Shown in pieces: positions 23,501-38,500 of a stretch of DNA of 64,000 bases. The DNA comes from Podarcis gaigeae (lineage: Eukaryota). The notes under the pieces are model-generated. The model made no database searches, was not told where the DNA came from, and saw nothing but the letters and a program-made list of their open reading frames with translations. Position 1 is the stretch's first letter. Every line of letters starts with the position of its first letter. The translations under genes and the position numbers were made by a program. The stretch lies in the NCBI GenBank assembly GCA_964106915.2, contig OZ066917.1. One strand, written 5' to 3'.

Positions 23501-26500
23501 TGTTCTGTACCAGTATCCTACTCAAGAAGGGAACTTTGTCATATGAGTAAGACTTAAGAATGTCCCACAAATCCCCACTGTGTGTGTGTTTTTTTTTTTT
23601 TAGTTTAGTTTCAGATGTCACTTAGCTTCAGACGCTCAAGTTAACTGACCCAGAACAAGGCAGGGAAGCGAAAGCTGGAAACACTTGTTCTATGCTAAAC
23701 ATACAACAGATGTTCAGTCTACCTCTTGAAACCACTTTGGCAAAATACGGAGCCACTGTTCAGAACCAACTGAATGACTGGCATGCATTTATTAAGCTGC
23801 AAGTGTTTCAAGATGGAACCAAACAATCCAGGTCAGCCTCCTGTTTCGGTGTGCAAAATGGCCAAATGTCACTTCTTACGTTATGAGTTTTCATTCAGGG
23901 GAGTTTTCACTCCTGTGAGCAAAACTGTCATGCAGAAAGAAAAATCCATTGTTTTAGGCCCAATCACAAAGTAAGCCTATGTATGGATACAGATCCTGCC
24001 TATAATATGGGAATGCAACTGCTGCCACAGACTTCATGTATGGAAAGTGGCCCTGACTTAGACCAGTTCTGTGTCTAAAAACACTGCAATAAATTACCCT
24101 TGCTCCACTCTGGCAAGTGACGGAGCAGCTAACAAGAAAATAAATCCAGAAATACAGGCCCCTCCTTTACAGATGCTTGCCTTGTTATGTGCAGGTTTTA
24201 CCAAGACATAGCTTCCCAGGTATTTTCTTTGCTTCTTGCTCTAGCAGAAACAGAAAAACTGTACTCCTAGGGGTGGGAATGATGGGTCACTGAAAAATCC
24301 TGCTCTGACATTGGTCCTTCCCACATGCACAATGCACTTGCAAGCATGAATCACAAACCCAGAGAACAGATGCACAGCCAACATCTGAGAAACTTTCTGA
24401 GCACATGTGCTCTTCATAAGAACCACTTCGAATTTCTCCAAGCTTGTGCAACACGGCAGGATAAAAGAACAACTTGCTGCTTAGCTGGGAGGCAAATCAT
24501 CAGAAAAATCAAACTATTGTCAAAAAGTGGACACAAAAAGCAACCAGTGTGCCATAGATCAATCAGCTTTGGAAATGGAGCCCCGTGTATCTATATCTTG
24601 GAAACTGTACCATATTAGGTATCTCTCATTTTTTGCTGCAATTTATTACTATTGATCCATTTTTTTTAGATGTGTTTATTGGGGATTACAAATTTAAGGT
24701 AATAGATAGATAGATAGATATACAAAAATAAAATACAGCAATAACAAAATAAATCACATGAAAGAGAGTTGACATCATGCCAGGAAAAACAAGAGAGAGG
24801 ATACCAAGGAAGATCAAAGCATATCATCACATATGTTATGAATTTCTATACCATAAACTCAGTTAAGAATATATCTATCAATTATTCCAAAACAACACAA
24901 CACTTAAGGGCAAGCAGAATACATTAAAGAAACAGAAATTGTAAACACAAAAATTGGTCATCTGAAAGGAGGCTAAAGAACTATAAATCATTTTCATGAG
25001 AAGGCTTGCTGAAAAAACAAAGTCTTAATTTGGCACCAGAAGCTCATTACAGATGATGCCAACTTGATTTCAGTAGGCAGAGAGGTCAGTAATTCCAGAG
25101 CCAATTTATGGTCTCTGCAGGGGCAACACCAGTACCAAAGGGTCCGTTTCTCTCTTCATTAAAATTTACTCCAATTTCTTTTAATGATCTTCGTTTCTTT
25201 TCTTCTAACTCATTCTTGTGTGCTTGACCTGTTCTATCTTCTTTATAAAAGCTTCTTTCCCCTATTTTTTTCTACTGCTATTTTATATTTTTAACTACTA
25301 ACTCTTTTCTGATGTTTACTCTTCTTAACCTGAGTATCTTGCTTTCGTTCCTTTTCTCAGCTTCATTCCTTCTCTTTCTAGAATCATAGAATTCTAGAAC
25401 TGGAAGGTACGCAAAAAGTGATCTAGTCCAACCCCCTGAAATATAGGAATCATGCCCACAGCTGTCCTTGAGTGGGCTCGAACCACCAACCTTCTGGTTA
25501 ACAGCCCATCAATGTGTTGGGCTGTTAACCAGAAGGTTGATGGTTCGAGCCCACTCAATGAGCCCACTGCACCACTGGAGGCATCCATTCTTAATTCTGC
25601 TGTCAGTTTGGTGTTTTCCTGCTTTCCTTTTGTTGCAACACTTCACTGGGTTCCATTTCCTTATTAGATCCAGTGTGAGCTACCATGTTTTGTTCTTCAT
25701 ACAATCACATAATGTGAAGTAACCTTAAAGCTCATCTAATCTAAGCCCTGTGCAACACAGGGAATTTACTGCTATGGCATCCTTGATAAGAGGTCATTCA
25801 TTCTCAGCTGTATCATACCTAATGTGAAGATGGTGGTCCCAATAAGCAGAACAGCTCAGCAAGTGACTTATACCCTTGCACGGCATTTCTGTCCCATCAG
25901 ATATCCCTGCTGGCAGCTTGCATCAGTATAGAAAAGTACACAGTAGGACCTATCCATAAAATTAGCAGCTCTGCACATTATGGCTGGTGCATGGAACAGC
26001 TGCCAAACAGAGGGTATTTCAAAAAGGCACATTGAGAGCATTCAGCCAACAAAAGCCAACACACATGAGTCCAATATACAGCTCCCATTGATCCACCAGT
26101 GGGTTAGAGATAGTGGTGAAGTCTTCACTGGTGATAAGACATGCTAGTTGTTAGTCTTATTAAACTTATTAATTGCCTTACAAACTGTCTCGATGTGGCA
26201 TGGAATAAAAAATAGGATGCATCAGTACAAAAATCACATTAAATGTAAGGTTTAACACAAAATAAGAGCAGCCTGTACCAGTGACCACACCAATAAATGA
26301 TAATACAGTAAACACCACAGCTACCCCCTCTCCTAGCAACATGGCATGATCACAGGACCCAAGAAACACGAAAGCTTGCATATTGTCTCCTGTCCTGCAC
26401 TTACATGTGTTAAGGTGATGATCAACAAGAAGTATAGGAAATTCTCGTGTATATCACGAGCTAATGTGGTGGCCTCCAGATATTGTGGACTATGCTCTCT

Positions 26501-29500
26501 CATCATTCCTGACTATTGGCCATTCCAGCTGGGCTGAAGACAGCTGTAGTTCAAAACATCTGAGACCACCACTTTGGCTAGCTCTGATCTAATGCAATTG
26601 TTCACAGGAGGATCTAGCATAATTGCTGTCTGGGCTGCCCGTCTATAAGAAATGAGTTAGCAATGTCACTCAGCAGCCAAAGCCTCATTTTAATTTAGCT
26701 TCCATGTTTACCAAGTTTGTTATAAGACAAATAACATATCTGTAGTGTTAAAAACTCAGTGGTAGCTGATGCTCATTAGGACTGGTAGGGCAGCCAACAA
26801 TAGATAGAGCCAATGACAGGCGGAGCTGAGTAATTCTAGTTTTGTCCCACCTTTCTCCTCCCTGCTGAATTCTACAAGGGCAACAATAAGACTAGAGGAG
26901 AGACCTTACCCCGGGACTTGCTGTTAAGTAAGAAGACAAGCAGGTGGGGGGTTGGCCGAGGGCAGACTAGGGTTGGTGCGGCAGCACCTCATTTGGTCTA
27001 ATGGACCAGCCTCCACTGTAAACTGCTATAAATGCTAGCACCTAATTCTTCATGAAGTTGGCTTAATGGACCATGCATTTGCCTACCATCAGTATACCAT
27101 TTTTCACAGTTGATCCCTGGGATACAAGCAACTATGCTGTACCGATAAATCTGTGGCGTCTGCATTTTCAATAAATTCTGCACCCAATGCAATTTGAAAT
27201 GGGGAGGAGGGAAGGCTTCAGAATAAAATGGGTACACAGTTAAAAATTCAGTGCTCTGTATGAATAATCCTTTTGGAGGTAATTCCACTAACCCTCAAGT
27301 TTTTTGCAGATGGAACACATCTGAAGCTCAGCAGTCATAAAAAGAGAAACCATGAATTAGTCTGAGGTTTCTGCCAAGTTCCACAATTCTGGAATCCAGC
27401 CCATTTAAAATCACTAACAGAATAACAATATTTCCTGAAAGGCTTTGTGGAAAGTCGTCTTCAAGAAGGAGGGCTGAATAGCCTACAGAAAATGTTGCTA
27501 TTTATTTGACATATTACTTGGGGCTGGGGGAAGGGAGATGCATAATGGTCAGCGATTTCTGGGCTTATATATAGCCTGATAAGCTACCATAGACTGGTAA
27601 AAGCCCTGGGCTCAATTCCTGACATCTCCAAGCAGGGCTGGAAAAGACCTGTCTGAAACCATGGCGATCTGCTGGGAGTTTCCTACATGCTCAAACCTCA
27701 GAACCGTATCTGAGCCCAGGAGGGAACATCAACCCCTGTGACCAGGTGGCAATCTGAAGCCTCAGATTGGTCAGGTTCAATATAAATACCATACACTTGG
27801 CCTTCTATCTTTGGCACTCCAGGTTCAGAACCAGTATGTCACGGGCCAGTGGGGTAACAGGGTGGGGGGCTACTGCCTCTCTATCCTTTGCTTATGGATT
27901 TCATGGAAGCACCCAGCTGGTCAAAGTGGGAAACAGAACATTGAACTAGATGGATCTCTGGACTGATTCAGCAAGGTTATTGCTTGCTGCAATTAAGGTC
28001 CCAGATTCAAGCTGAGGTCAATCGTTCTGAACTGGAAGTGCACCTTCCACATCTGAATTTCGGGTACAATTGCCAATGACTCCAGCTTGGTTGTGCCACA
28101 CAAAAACAGCAAATGGGTGTATGGCATTTAAAGCCTAGACATCACATTAGTGGCTCCTCTCTTTTTTGTCTGGCTCTTTGTCTATGGGGAGCCCCAGGCA
28201 GACCAACTCTGTGTTACAAATATGTCTACAAACATGACATGAAGGCTGGCAACATCAACCCTGTCATGTGGGGAATCCCTTGCAGACAACTGCAGTGCCT
28301 GGAGACAGTCAGTTTGTGTATCCTCAGCAGTGACCAGAGGAGAGATGACCTTTAGGAGGAGTGCAGAGAGAAGAAACGCCATGGTGCATCTGCAGGAGAC
28401 AAATTGGACCCCTTCACCTGTCTCTCCTGAATCTGTCTCTCCAGCCACAGCAGGCACTGTAACCTTCCAACAGTTTGACTTCATCCCCCAAGGCACACTC
28501 CTCCATTGTCTCCCAAGACAGACAGATATCAATATGGATGGATGGGTATGTGAACATGTGAAAGGGAGTAAGTATGCAAATGCACACTAATCCTTTGGTG
28601 AAGCCTACCAGCTAATTTAAACTTTTCAATGTGCCATCATCCACTGAGAAACAGTCAAATAAATAAATATAAAGCCTTTCGCCCTGTTTCTAAAACTTGT
28701 CTAATGCAGCAATTTGTGAAGCATTGCAAAGAACGTCTACTGTTACAAGCACAAAGAGATAACAAGAAATGTCATATTAAATCAGTGTCTGAAGAGTCAC
28801 CAAACGTGCAGTAACTGAATGTGACTTTAATCAACGTTTGATGTATAAAGTTGCAACACGGCATAAAGGCTAGCAACCTTAGGTCTTCTCTATTAAGTAA
28901 TATTGCCAATACTGCTGCAATAGTGAACAGGTAAAAGTAAGAGCGTAACAGTGAAATAAGTTTAATTTCTGCAATAATACTGAACATAAACTTGTAGAAA
29001 CAGCCTACTGCCAATTATTTTCTCCTTTTTAGTGTAAATCTTCTGATACCACTCCTGACACCAGTAACATTAATAAAATACCCCACCTAACAAAACCAAA
29101 GAAAGTAACAAAAAACAGCAGTAACTCCCGCCCCAAATGTGCTGTTGAAGCAAAAGTGAAACTTTCCATTTACTCCATTGGGATATGAAAACTACTCATG
29201 CATGCAAATATTTGAAGAACTGGATTGGTCAAATTACCACAGTTTCAATAGCTCTGACAGAGAAACAAAGCAAGCAAAGTTATGTTTGTTCTAACCCACT
29301 TGCAGCTAAAGTACAAAATTGGTCATTAAGGAACAGAGCTTCATAACCATTATGACACTAATTTATAGCTTGACACACCAAACACACTTCAAACAAATCC
29401 TATGGGTAATTCTCACTATCATCTTATACTGAAACCAAGCTTGGAATGTAAAAAAGGAACGCTTTTATTTAGGCTTTTATTTATTACTCCTAAAGCATTG

Positions 29501-32500
29501 GAATAATATGATATATAACTTCCACAGTGAATTGGGTTAAGTGAATTTCAAATCATTCTGACTGAAAACGTGCCCAGGAGGGAATCTCAGGAAGATCAAT
29601 AGATTTTACTCTTGGGAAGCATGTAGCCTTTCCATCTTCTGATTAAACAAACACAGGGAGAGAGACAGAAAGCACAAATCAAGTGTGAAATTATAGACCA
29701 AGTAGGTTGATTCAGCAAAGTTCTGAACACTCAGCCCACCAGAAACAAAAGTTCTGATGTACAGTACAACATTAATTATGAGGGCTGTATGGACTTAAAT
29801 GGAGTAGCACTTAAGTAACTGCATTATTTACCTGTGGAGAGCTGAGTAGGGAAAGGATTCATTTCTTTGTCTACCATTTTCTGGTACAGTGCTCTCAGAC
29901 TGAATGGCTCCACAGTAAACGGCAGTGTCCCAGTCAACATTGCATACATATTCACCCCACTGTAAAAGAAGAGTGGTGGGGGAAACTGTTAAGAGAAACA
30001 ATTCCCTTAGAAACAAGACAAGGCATGCAAGAATGCATTAGGTTTACTAGCCTATGGTTTATCACACTTATGGAACATATATGAACATATGATGTTACTA
30101 CTGGTCCATCTAACCCACCACAGTTTATTCCAATTGACAGCAGGTCTCAAATGTTCTTTAAAGGCAATGGTCTTTTCCAGCTTTGGTATCCAAGATCCTT
30201 TTCATAGGAGAAGCAGGGATCCAAACTGGGACTTTCTGCACCCAAAGCACTTGCTCTATCACTGAGCTCTTCTCATAGAAGCCATAACACAATGTTCTCT
30301 AGAAGTGCAGCAACAGTCCGCTGGATCTTGTGTCTCAGTCATGTTTAGAGTAGACCCACTAAAACCAATGGAGCTTTAGTGTGGTTAAGTCTGAATCCAA
30401 CCCAGTAGCATTTAGCCTCCCTTCAGAGTATCTGCATAACCAGTTTCTTGAGAGATAAAACCATTCATAGCATGAAGGATCACATTACTTAAGAATTAAT
30501 TCTGATTTGAAAAGTTCACAGTTTTAAGGGGTGATTTGGTTATATGGAAATAAGATTTGCTTATGTGCAAAAGGACCATACACAGGATTGATTCACACTA
30601 TGCTGCTTCCATGCACCAAGCAAGTGCAAAACCCAAGGACTAGGCAAGTGCATTATAAGGTATATCCTATAATACAGCATTCCCTGTAGACGAACAAGCT
30701 ATGAGTCAACTGTCTCTCTCCTTAAATTAAATGGTGCAGGATGTTATTGCCTGAGAAGGTTAAAGGGCAAGAAAAAAGAACGATGGCATTCTCTGTTTGA
30801 ATCAAGTCACAGTAAGAGCTTCTTCGTTCAGCAGCTCCAGCTTGCTGTGGATGGGTGACCCTATGTAGGAGCAACCAATTAAGGAGCAGTGTGACAGTTT
30901 CAATTTGGATTTTCTCGAAGCACAGACACTGTAAATTGGGCTTCAAAATATAAAGCTCTCTGAACTAGCTGCTTGCAAACAAAGGACAAAGCAAAACAAA
31001 AAATCCCAAAGAAGGAAACTCGTATCTGTTCTTAACTGCACCGAGATCAATGGAATTAATTCAAATTTCCAGACAGGGAAGTCTGAACATTTCTTGAAAC
31101 ACATTCATCTTTGTTTGCTTGTAGTACCCTGGAGTATTAAGATTTCCACTGCAGTCACTGAAAAGTTCATATCAGTTCCTATAAAAGCAAATTATTTGAC
31201 AAGTTTCTTCAGCCAAACATATCTCCTTGTTTTCTGTCAACAACATTCTGGGTAACTTCTGTCCCTGCTTCACAAACAGCTGTAGACCACAGTTTGTAAA
31301 TCCCAATGGCCAAGGTCAACTAAACACACTAGGCAGCAATTACTTTGGAGAATGAACTGTATCATCTTATGTTTGGAAATTCCTGGCAAATTGAAATCCT
31401 GACATTGTAAATGCTAACATTTACAATCATCAGCACTGTAAACTATTTTTCCAAAGTTACATATTTTAATTTACCAGCAGCTCCAATTAGAACTTATATA
31501 AAAGTCAAGCAAGAGGAGTCAACCCCCACCCCCTGCATGCATGTAGCTTTTTCAATTATAGTAACTCACATGGACCAAACATCTATTTTGGGACCGTATT
31601 TTTTTCTTGCAAGCAGCTCTGGTGCTGCGTAGGCTGGACTACCGCACTGCGTGCTGAATGGATCAGAGTATCCCAAGATACTTGCACAGTTGCTCAAGCC
31701 AAAGTCTGTGAAAAAGAAAATAGAGCTTTCAACATTGCACAGGAGAAACAACAACCTCGCAATATTTGTACTTTGCTGCAATCATTTATGCAGCTAAAGG
31801 CTTCCTTTTTAGTTAAGAGCTTTTTATTTGAGTCTAGGGAAAATTTAAATATAAATTTAGCCAGGAAACTGGAATAACACTTATGAAAAAAAGATGACAG
31901 TACGAGCTCAAGTGTCTTAAGTAAATGCATATAAAATAGCTTTCTCCTTGCCTGGCAGAACTATTTGAGAGGCTGGAATCTTAAGAGTACAACCCTGCTC
32001 TCCTTGCATCTTTGCAACAGTGTGTGTGGTTGCATGCTACAGAACTGAGTATAGCCCTACCTATAACATCATGAGGATTTGATCAGATGCATGGTAAGGA
32101 CTTGAAACCTATTTCTTAGGATCAAGGATGAAGTGATAGACATATAGAGGATTTACACGCCAAAATAGTGTTTCCATCATTGGAGCCCTGGGGTTCTTAA
32201 GGACATCAGGAGGGCTAAGGGAACTTGAAACCTGTACTTCGGATTGAGAGCACACTGTGAGGTTACACAATACCATGAAACAATCTTTTTTGTCATTGGG
32301 GCTCCCAAGGTTCTGGGTCAGAGGGAGAGACCCATTCGGGGCAATATATGATTGCGCAGAGGGGTCACAATGCACTCCCAAACCATGTTTAAGGCAGCAC
32401 CCCAATATAGTATTTTCAGGGAGAATCCTAAAGCAATCCTAAAGGGGGGCAGGGCTTACAATGAAATGGGGGCACAGCACGTGCCACTTTTCAGTTTGAT

Positions 32501-35500
32501 GGATGGTAGTTCTATGTATGCATATGTGTGTATATCTCCCTTAAAGGTTTTATACACCTTAAACATTCAGAAACAGTCTCACACAGAGCTTTGTGTAGTT
32601 CACAATGTCTTGTTCGCTTTTTATTTCTGGTCCCATTTTAGGCAACAATTTTCATCACCTCAGAGGTGATGAAGCCTCTCTCATGAAATCATCATCATCT
32701 GGCTTCTACTGTGCACCCAGACTCATTGCTGCTAGAAAATGTGTAGGCATAGAATTAAATACATAAACAGATGTTCTGCTAAGGGGAATATTTTCCTATC
32801 AATGCCCACAACTAGCATTAATGGGAGCTATAAACAGATAGTAGAATAAGATGAGTAATCTATGGTGTCTGCAAAATGTGGATGAACAGTGCTCTGAATG
32901 AAGTTGATAGGCAGTTGAAGAATCAATGGGCCATTGACGAATTAGATATAAATATAAAAGGCTTCTCAACTAGTTTCACATTCTATTTCTGCAGATGAGT
33001 AAGCCAATCATATGGAGTGGGTGGGGTTTTGCCTGATGCTGCAAGACTAAGGCTGTGTTCACACAACAGTGTATTTCATTTCCACAATGTTACCTAATTG
33101 TTAATTGCTGCATTATATTTGAGCATTCACATGACATAAAAGCCACTTCCAGAAATGTAACACAATATAGCACAAGTTTAGTACTCATCTATGTGTAATT
33201 GACTTCCAGAAAAAAAATCTATTTGCAAATAAAACAGAAAGGCAAAACTTTCTTGGAACTGAAGCTCTCAAATCCACACATTAAAAAGCAATGGTATGGT
33301 GGTAGAAGGATGTTCACACTCCAACTATATTTGCAATGATATGCCATTATGCATGCTCAAATTTTAGATTCCCTGTTCTTAAAAACACCATGCTTCCAGG
33401 AACAGAGCCCAGATGCTGCATTTGTCTGTGGCAAAAGTAGTGATTAGGGGCTGAGAATACACATTATTAGGACTACATGTGCATGCATGTACATGAAAAC
33501 AAGCATCAACCATTTCAACTGATTAATTTTCAGGGACTGTTAATCATATTAAAAATGGCATTTCCCCATATTGCTTTAAACTCTCCATTGTTTTGTAAAA
33601 ACAATGTTGATATCCCTTGTGAAAATGGCTTTTATTACCACAGTTTTATGAGGAAGTATAGCTTACGGAAGCCACCAACTGGTAAAAACATGCTGGTGGA
33701 ATCTGTCTCCCGACTGAGAGATAGGAGGGGAGTATGCACACCCTAGGTGACAGATAGAGGTGGTTTGATGGATGTTTTTTCTGTTTCTTGTCATAGGGTG
33801 AAATGACATTCCTAACATATATCCATTGTGATTGATTTGTACTTTGTAATTTTGCCCATATGGAATAATGGTTGGAGCGTTGGACTATGATCTGGGAGAC
33901 TGAGATTCAAAGCCCCAATCAGCCATGAAGTTCACTGGGTGACCTTGAACCAGTCAACACCTCTTAGCCTAACCTACCTCACAAGGCTGTGGTAAGGATG
34001 AAATGGGCAGGAGAACCAGTATACCACCTTGAGCTCCTTGGAAGAAAAGGTGGCATATAAATCTAATTTTGTGTGTGTGTTATTGTATTTTTGTTGAATA
34101 TTGCTTTTAGGTATTGTTTTCATTTGTTAATGCTTTGTTACTGAACTCGGGGGGGGGGGTTGAAAATGAGCATACAGGTGTGAAATTAAATAAAATCAAA
34201 TCAATTTAAAGTGTCTTACTTGCAAGTAACACACTTGGGGCTGTGTGCTACTTACCAGTGCTCATTGAAAAAAATTATATATGCATAGAAGACCACAGGA
34301 TTGCAACTTCTTTTGCCACATTCCTCTAAAAAGCACTGCTATATACTGCCACACAGAATATTTTGGGACATTTATTATAACAAAAATACCAGTCAACAAA
34401 ATTGCAATAAGAGTTTCATACCAATAAGCTTGATATTGTTGTCATCATCAAGCAAGAGATTTTCTATCTTCAAATCTCTGAAACAGACAAACATGTTTAA
34501 TGAGAATGCAGGCCTTCAAGCTTTTGATATTTTCAAAGTTTCAGTAACCACTGTCATTTTCCACTTGCATCAGATTAGGATCTTAATGTTATGCTATAGA
34601 GATGATCGAGTTGTAGTCCAATGTAGTTAACATGCTGGTACACTTGGTCTAATATATGTGTTGGGGCACAATCCATCAAACAGTTCTATTCCACAAAACT
34701 GACTGAAATTAATGAGAGTTGCACTGGAATATTGTGGCTGGGAAGTCTAGTGGTATTTTCCAGCATCGTGGTATGTGTCATGAAATCATATTAGACAGTC
34801 TCCATTTGAAAAAAACATGAGAACAGACAGCTTTTGTACAGAAAAAGAGAGTTTTAAAGGCTATGTATATTTCATTTATGCTATCAAATGATATTTACTG
34901 GGTCTAGTCTTCTGCATGGAAAAGAAATACAGGCGCAATAAGGCTGAAAAACATATATCACCATAACATAAGTGGAAGAAGGAAAATGGTTCACTGACTT
35001 CAAAGCATAGTTTGGGATATTTGTGGCCTTGTGCAGTTAAACTGCATTCCTAAGGCAAACCTATGGAAGAAAAGCCAACTTTGCATTTCAAAAGGAAGCA
35101 AATCTCAGTACTGCAGAATTCTGACAATAAATATTGCACTAGCCATCACACTGTACTTAAAATTAGTTGGCTGAATGCTTCTAGAGATCAAGCAATGGGT
35201 GCCAAGAAACAAAATCTAACATGCCTGGAATAACTGTACTTGAGGGGTGCTATCAGAGACTTTCAAATGTTTTTGTCACTGTTTGCATTTTATTTCCATA
35301 GCCTCTGCAATGTTCAAAATGCTTAACAATCACTATCTCTGTCATCCTCGTAACAACCTACCTGAGGGCCTATTAATGTTACCTCTTGGAACAGAACAAG
35401 TTGCCAAAAATGCCTAAGCATTTGACAATCCTGCTAACACTTTGTGTTACATAGAAAGGAGCAAGGCCAAACTGAATGTTGTAGAGGTTTAATGCATCAA

Positions 35501-38500
35501 CTTTAAAAAATGCATATAGCAACAGCTGGGGGGGGGGGGAGATACTATCAAGACTGCACCAGACATGGATGAGGAAATTTAACCTTTTCCTCCCCTGGTG
35601 ATATCCAAAGGAAAGTATCTCTTCTGAAGTTGCTATGTGCATTGGAAGGAAAGCCCTCACTGGGGGCAACTTCAAAAGAGACATCTGCTAGTTACTTGAA
35701 GTTGTACCCTCTTCTCTATGAGTACCTGCAAATAGGCTTCATCAGCTGTAAAAAGCCACTCATTGAGATTCAGAACTTTAAAAAGTCTCACAATTTTTGA
35801 AATGAGAGTCAGGATGGTTTAAATACCTCAGCAATGCTTCAGAGGTGATTAGAAAGTTCTTTATTGACTATGGGCAACCATGTGAATTGGAAGTCATAAC
35901 AAACAAACAAAAGAATGTTATTGTTGTACTGTATGATAATCTATAAGGAAAGACATCTTTGACATTATCCGCCAAGGTCTAACCAAATGCCATGAGTGAC
36001 CCAAGCAGACAGTATGGTGACATGGTGAATAACAAAATAGATGTATTGTGAAAGAATTAGGAATGTCCTATGACTAGTTGTTGCCTACATTCTCAACTGG
36101 TGTGTCCTCTAAGTCTTCCATTACATGGCCCAATGCAGGAAACTTGGGCTATTATCAGACAGTAGAGGCTGTCTCGCAGCACACCTATGATGCAGAGAAT
36201 GATATATGAAAAGGTAATTCTTAGTCCCTTTTACAGATAGGAAATGAAGACGGAGCGATAGTGGCTTGTCCAAGGTGATAGCATGGAGGTACAGCTTTCA
36301 GACTTTGATCTCTTACATCCATATGCTATTATAGCTCACAAAATACAGAAATGTGTGTATTTTAACATCTCCCAAAGCATTGCTTAATAACCAAATTCAA
36401 GGTGATATGCATCTAGTTCCACATTGAAAGAAATAGTGGAAAAAACAGATACACAGGAAGCTGTCTTTGCCACTGGTACATTATTAAATTCCTTTCTCTG
36501 ACATTCTGACAGTAATTGCACTGAATAGGATTGAATTTGGTTAAAATTACTTTAAAAGGGTTGTTGAGAATTTCCTGTGGGATGCTATTGCAAGCACCAA
36601 AGCCTTAACTTCATTGTCTTTGTTGTTCTTACTCCCTTAGGAAGCTTAATGCTCATCCTGTTTTTGACAGCATGAAGGCCTCTGTAAATATCTTCTAAAA
36701 AGAAAAAGCTTCCCATATATTGCCATTTGAGTTTGTTTTCTTTCTGTCAGACAAAGAGACAATGACTGCTATCTAATTCTGATTTGAGACTGATGCTTCT
36801 ATGGCTTCAACAATGAACAAACCGCAGGCCAAAGTTTACAGACCTTCTCAAAATGACCCCACAGAGCCAGGACAGGCATCAGAAATGACTGCTTGGTAAA
36901 AGCTTTTGGCTGCAAAAAGAATGTACAGTATTCTTAAAACGGGGTTCTCAATTACAAACTTCATTAGGTCAAGGGAAAATCAGCCAAGCTTCCTCAAACG
37001 TTGCTAGGACAAGACAAACACAGACTGACAGTCCTGGAATCATCTTTTACAATATAATCTGGCAACAAGCAATCCAAAAGAGCATGAAGGCTACAGTACC
37101 CATCTTACATGCCTTAAAGTCCAATTAATGATGGAAGACCCTAGGGAAGCCAATAGCTCCCAAACAAAATGACTGGGCATGGTGACTGTGTTAAAAGGAG
37201 CAGCCCTGGGATCCTTTAGAAGGAATGGCAGGGTAGAAATAAATAAGAGGAGCTACTCTGGGATGCCTAGTGCTTTGGCACCAAAACAGATTCTGAGAAC
37301 ATAACAAGCCCTGCTGCAGCTGACTAAAGGCCCATATAGTCCAGCATCCTATTCTCACAGTGGCCAACCAGATGTCTATGGGAAGCTGACAAATGGAACA
37401 ATAAAAGCACGCTTCCCGCTCTGCAACTGATATTCAGAGGCCCTCAATCTCCAACACTGGGCACAGAACACAATCATAGCTACTAGCAGCCTCTGCTTAT
37501 CCTCCATCAATCTGCCTATCCCCCTTTTAAAGCTGTCCAAAGCTATCCACACTGAACACACAGAACCCAAACAAAAACAAACCATGGGGCAAACTGCACA
37601 TGACAGGAACCCATGAATTTCTTTTAAAGATATTGGTAACCTCACGTCATCTCTTTGGGAAAAACACCCAGGAAGGACTGGATTTTGTGGACAAACATTA
37701 GGAATTAACTAGGTAAACCCTCCTTTTGGGTTCCGATTTACAGCCTTTGATTGTACTTCACTGTTAAAACTCCCCAAACAGAAAATTAGAAAAGCAATTT
37801 GGTGTAATGTTTGCCCCATTGTCCCTTTGAGTTGTTGGGAACGGGAAGGTGAAGCAGTGGGCTCATGTAGTGTAGGAAGAGCTTACACTCCACTGGCAAC
37901 TCTCTGTTCTCTCACAAGATAACAGGATTCATATTATGTGAAGCCGCGGCTTTGAAATGACGAGCTCACGACCCAGAAAATTGCTGGATACTGGTGGACT
38001 GGCTACTAGGTAGCATAAGTGAGAGTTTACAGAACACAGGCTGTGTTCACACATCATTCTAAGTCAAACCACGGTTTAACATGAATGCATGAATGTGCTG
38101 GCTCCCAGGGAGGAGACTGCTTCCATTTTGCTCCTCCTCAATTCTTTCAACTCAACACAACATGGCAGCTAAGATTTGGCTGAGTGTGTCATCTGAATGT
38201 GGGACTGTGCTTAAAACTCTCTCCTCCTTAACCATGATCTGCAGCCAAGAACAAACCTTGGCTAGATATCATGGTTAAGAAGAGAGCTTAACCAAAATCC
38301 CATGTCTGGATGACACACTAAGCCCAGCATCGACTTAACTAACACAGCACACTAAAAACTAAGAGAAAGGAGAATCAGTATGTTCAGGCAGTCTCAGTAA
38401 GCCACAGTTTAGCTTACAGTGTGACATGTGAACGAGGCTACTATGGCTCACAAGGTTAAGGAGGTTTCACTTTTAGGCCAAGTACTGAAAATGACAGGCA

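Noticed and set aside
25509-25565. Intact tRNA-Asn gene
   Set aside because: Only the anticodon arm, T arm and part of the acceptor are present. There is no D arm/A-box or matching 5' acceptor strand, and it is part of a SINE fold-back.
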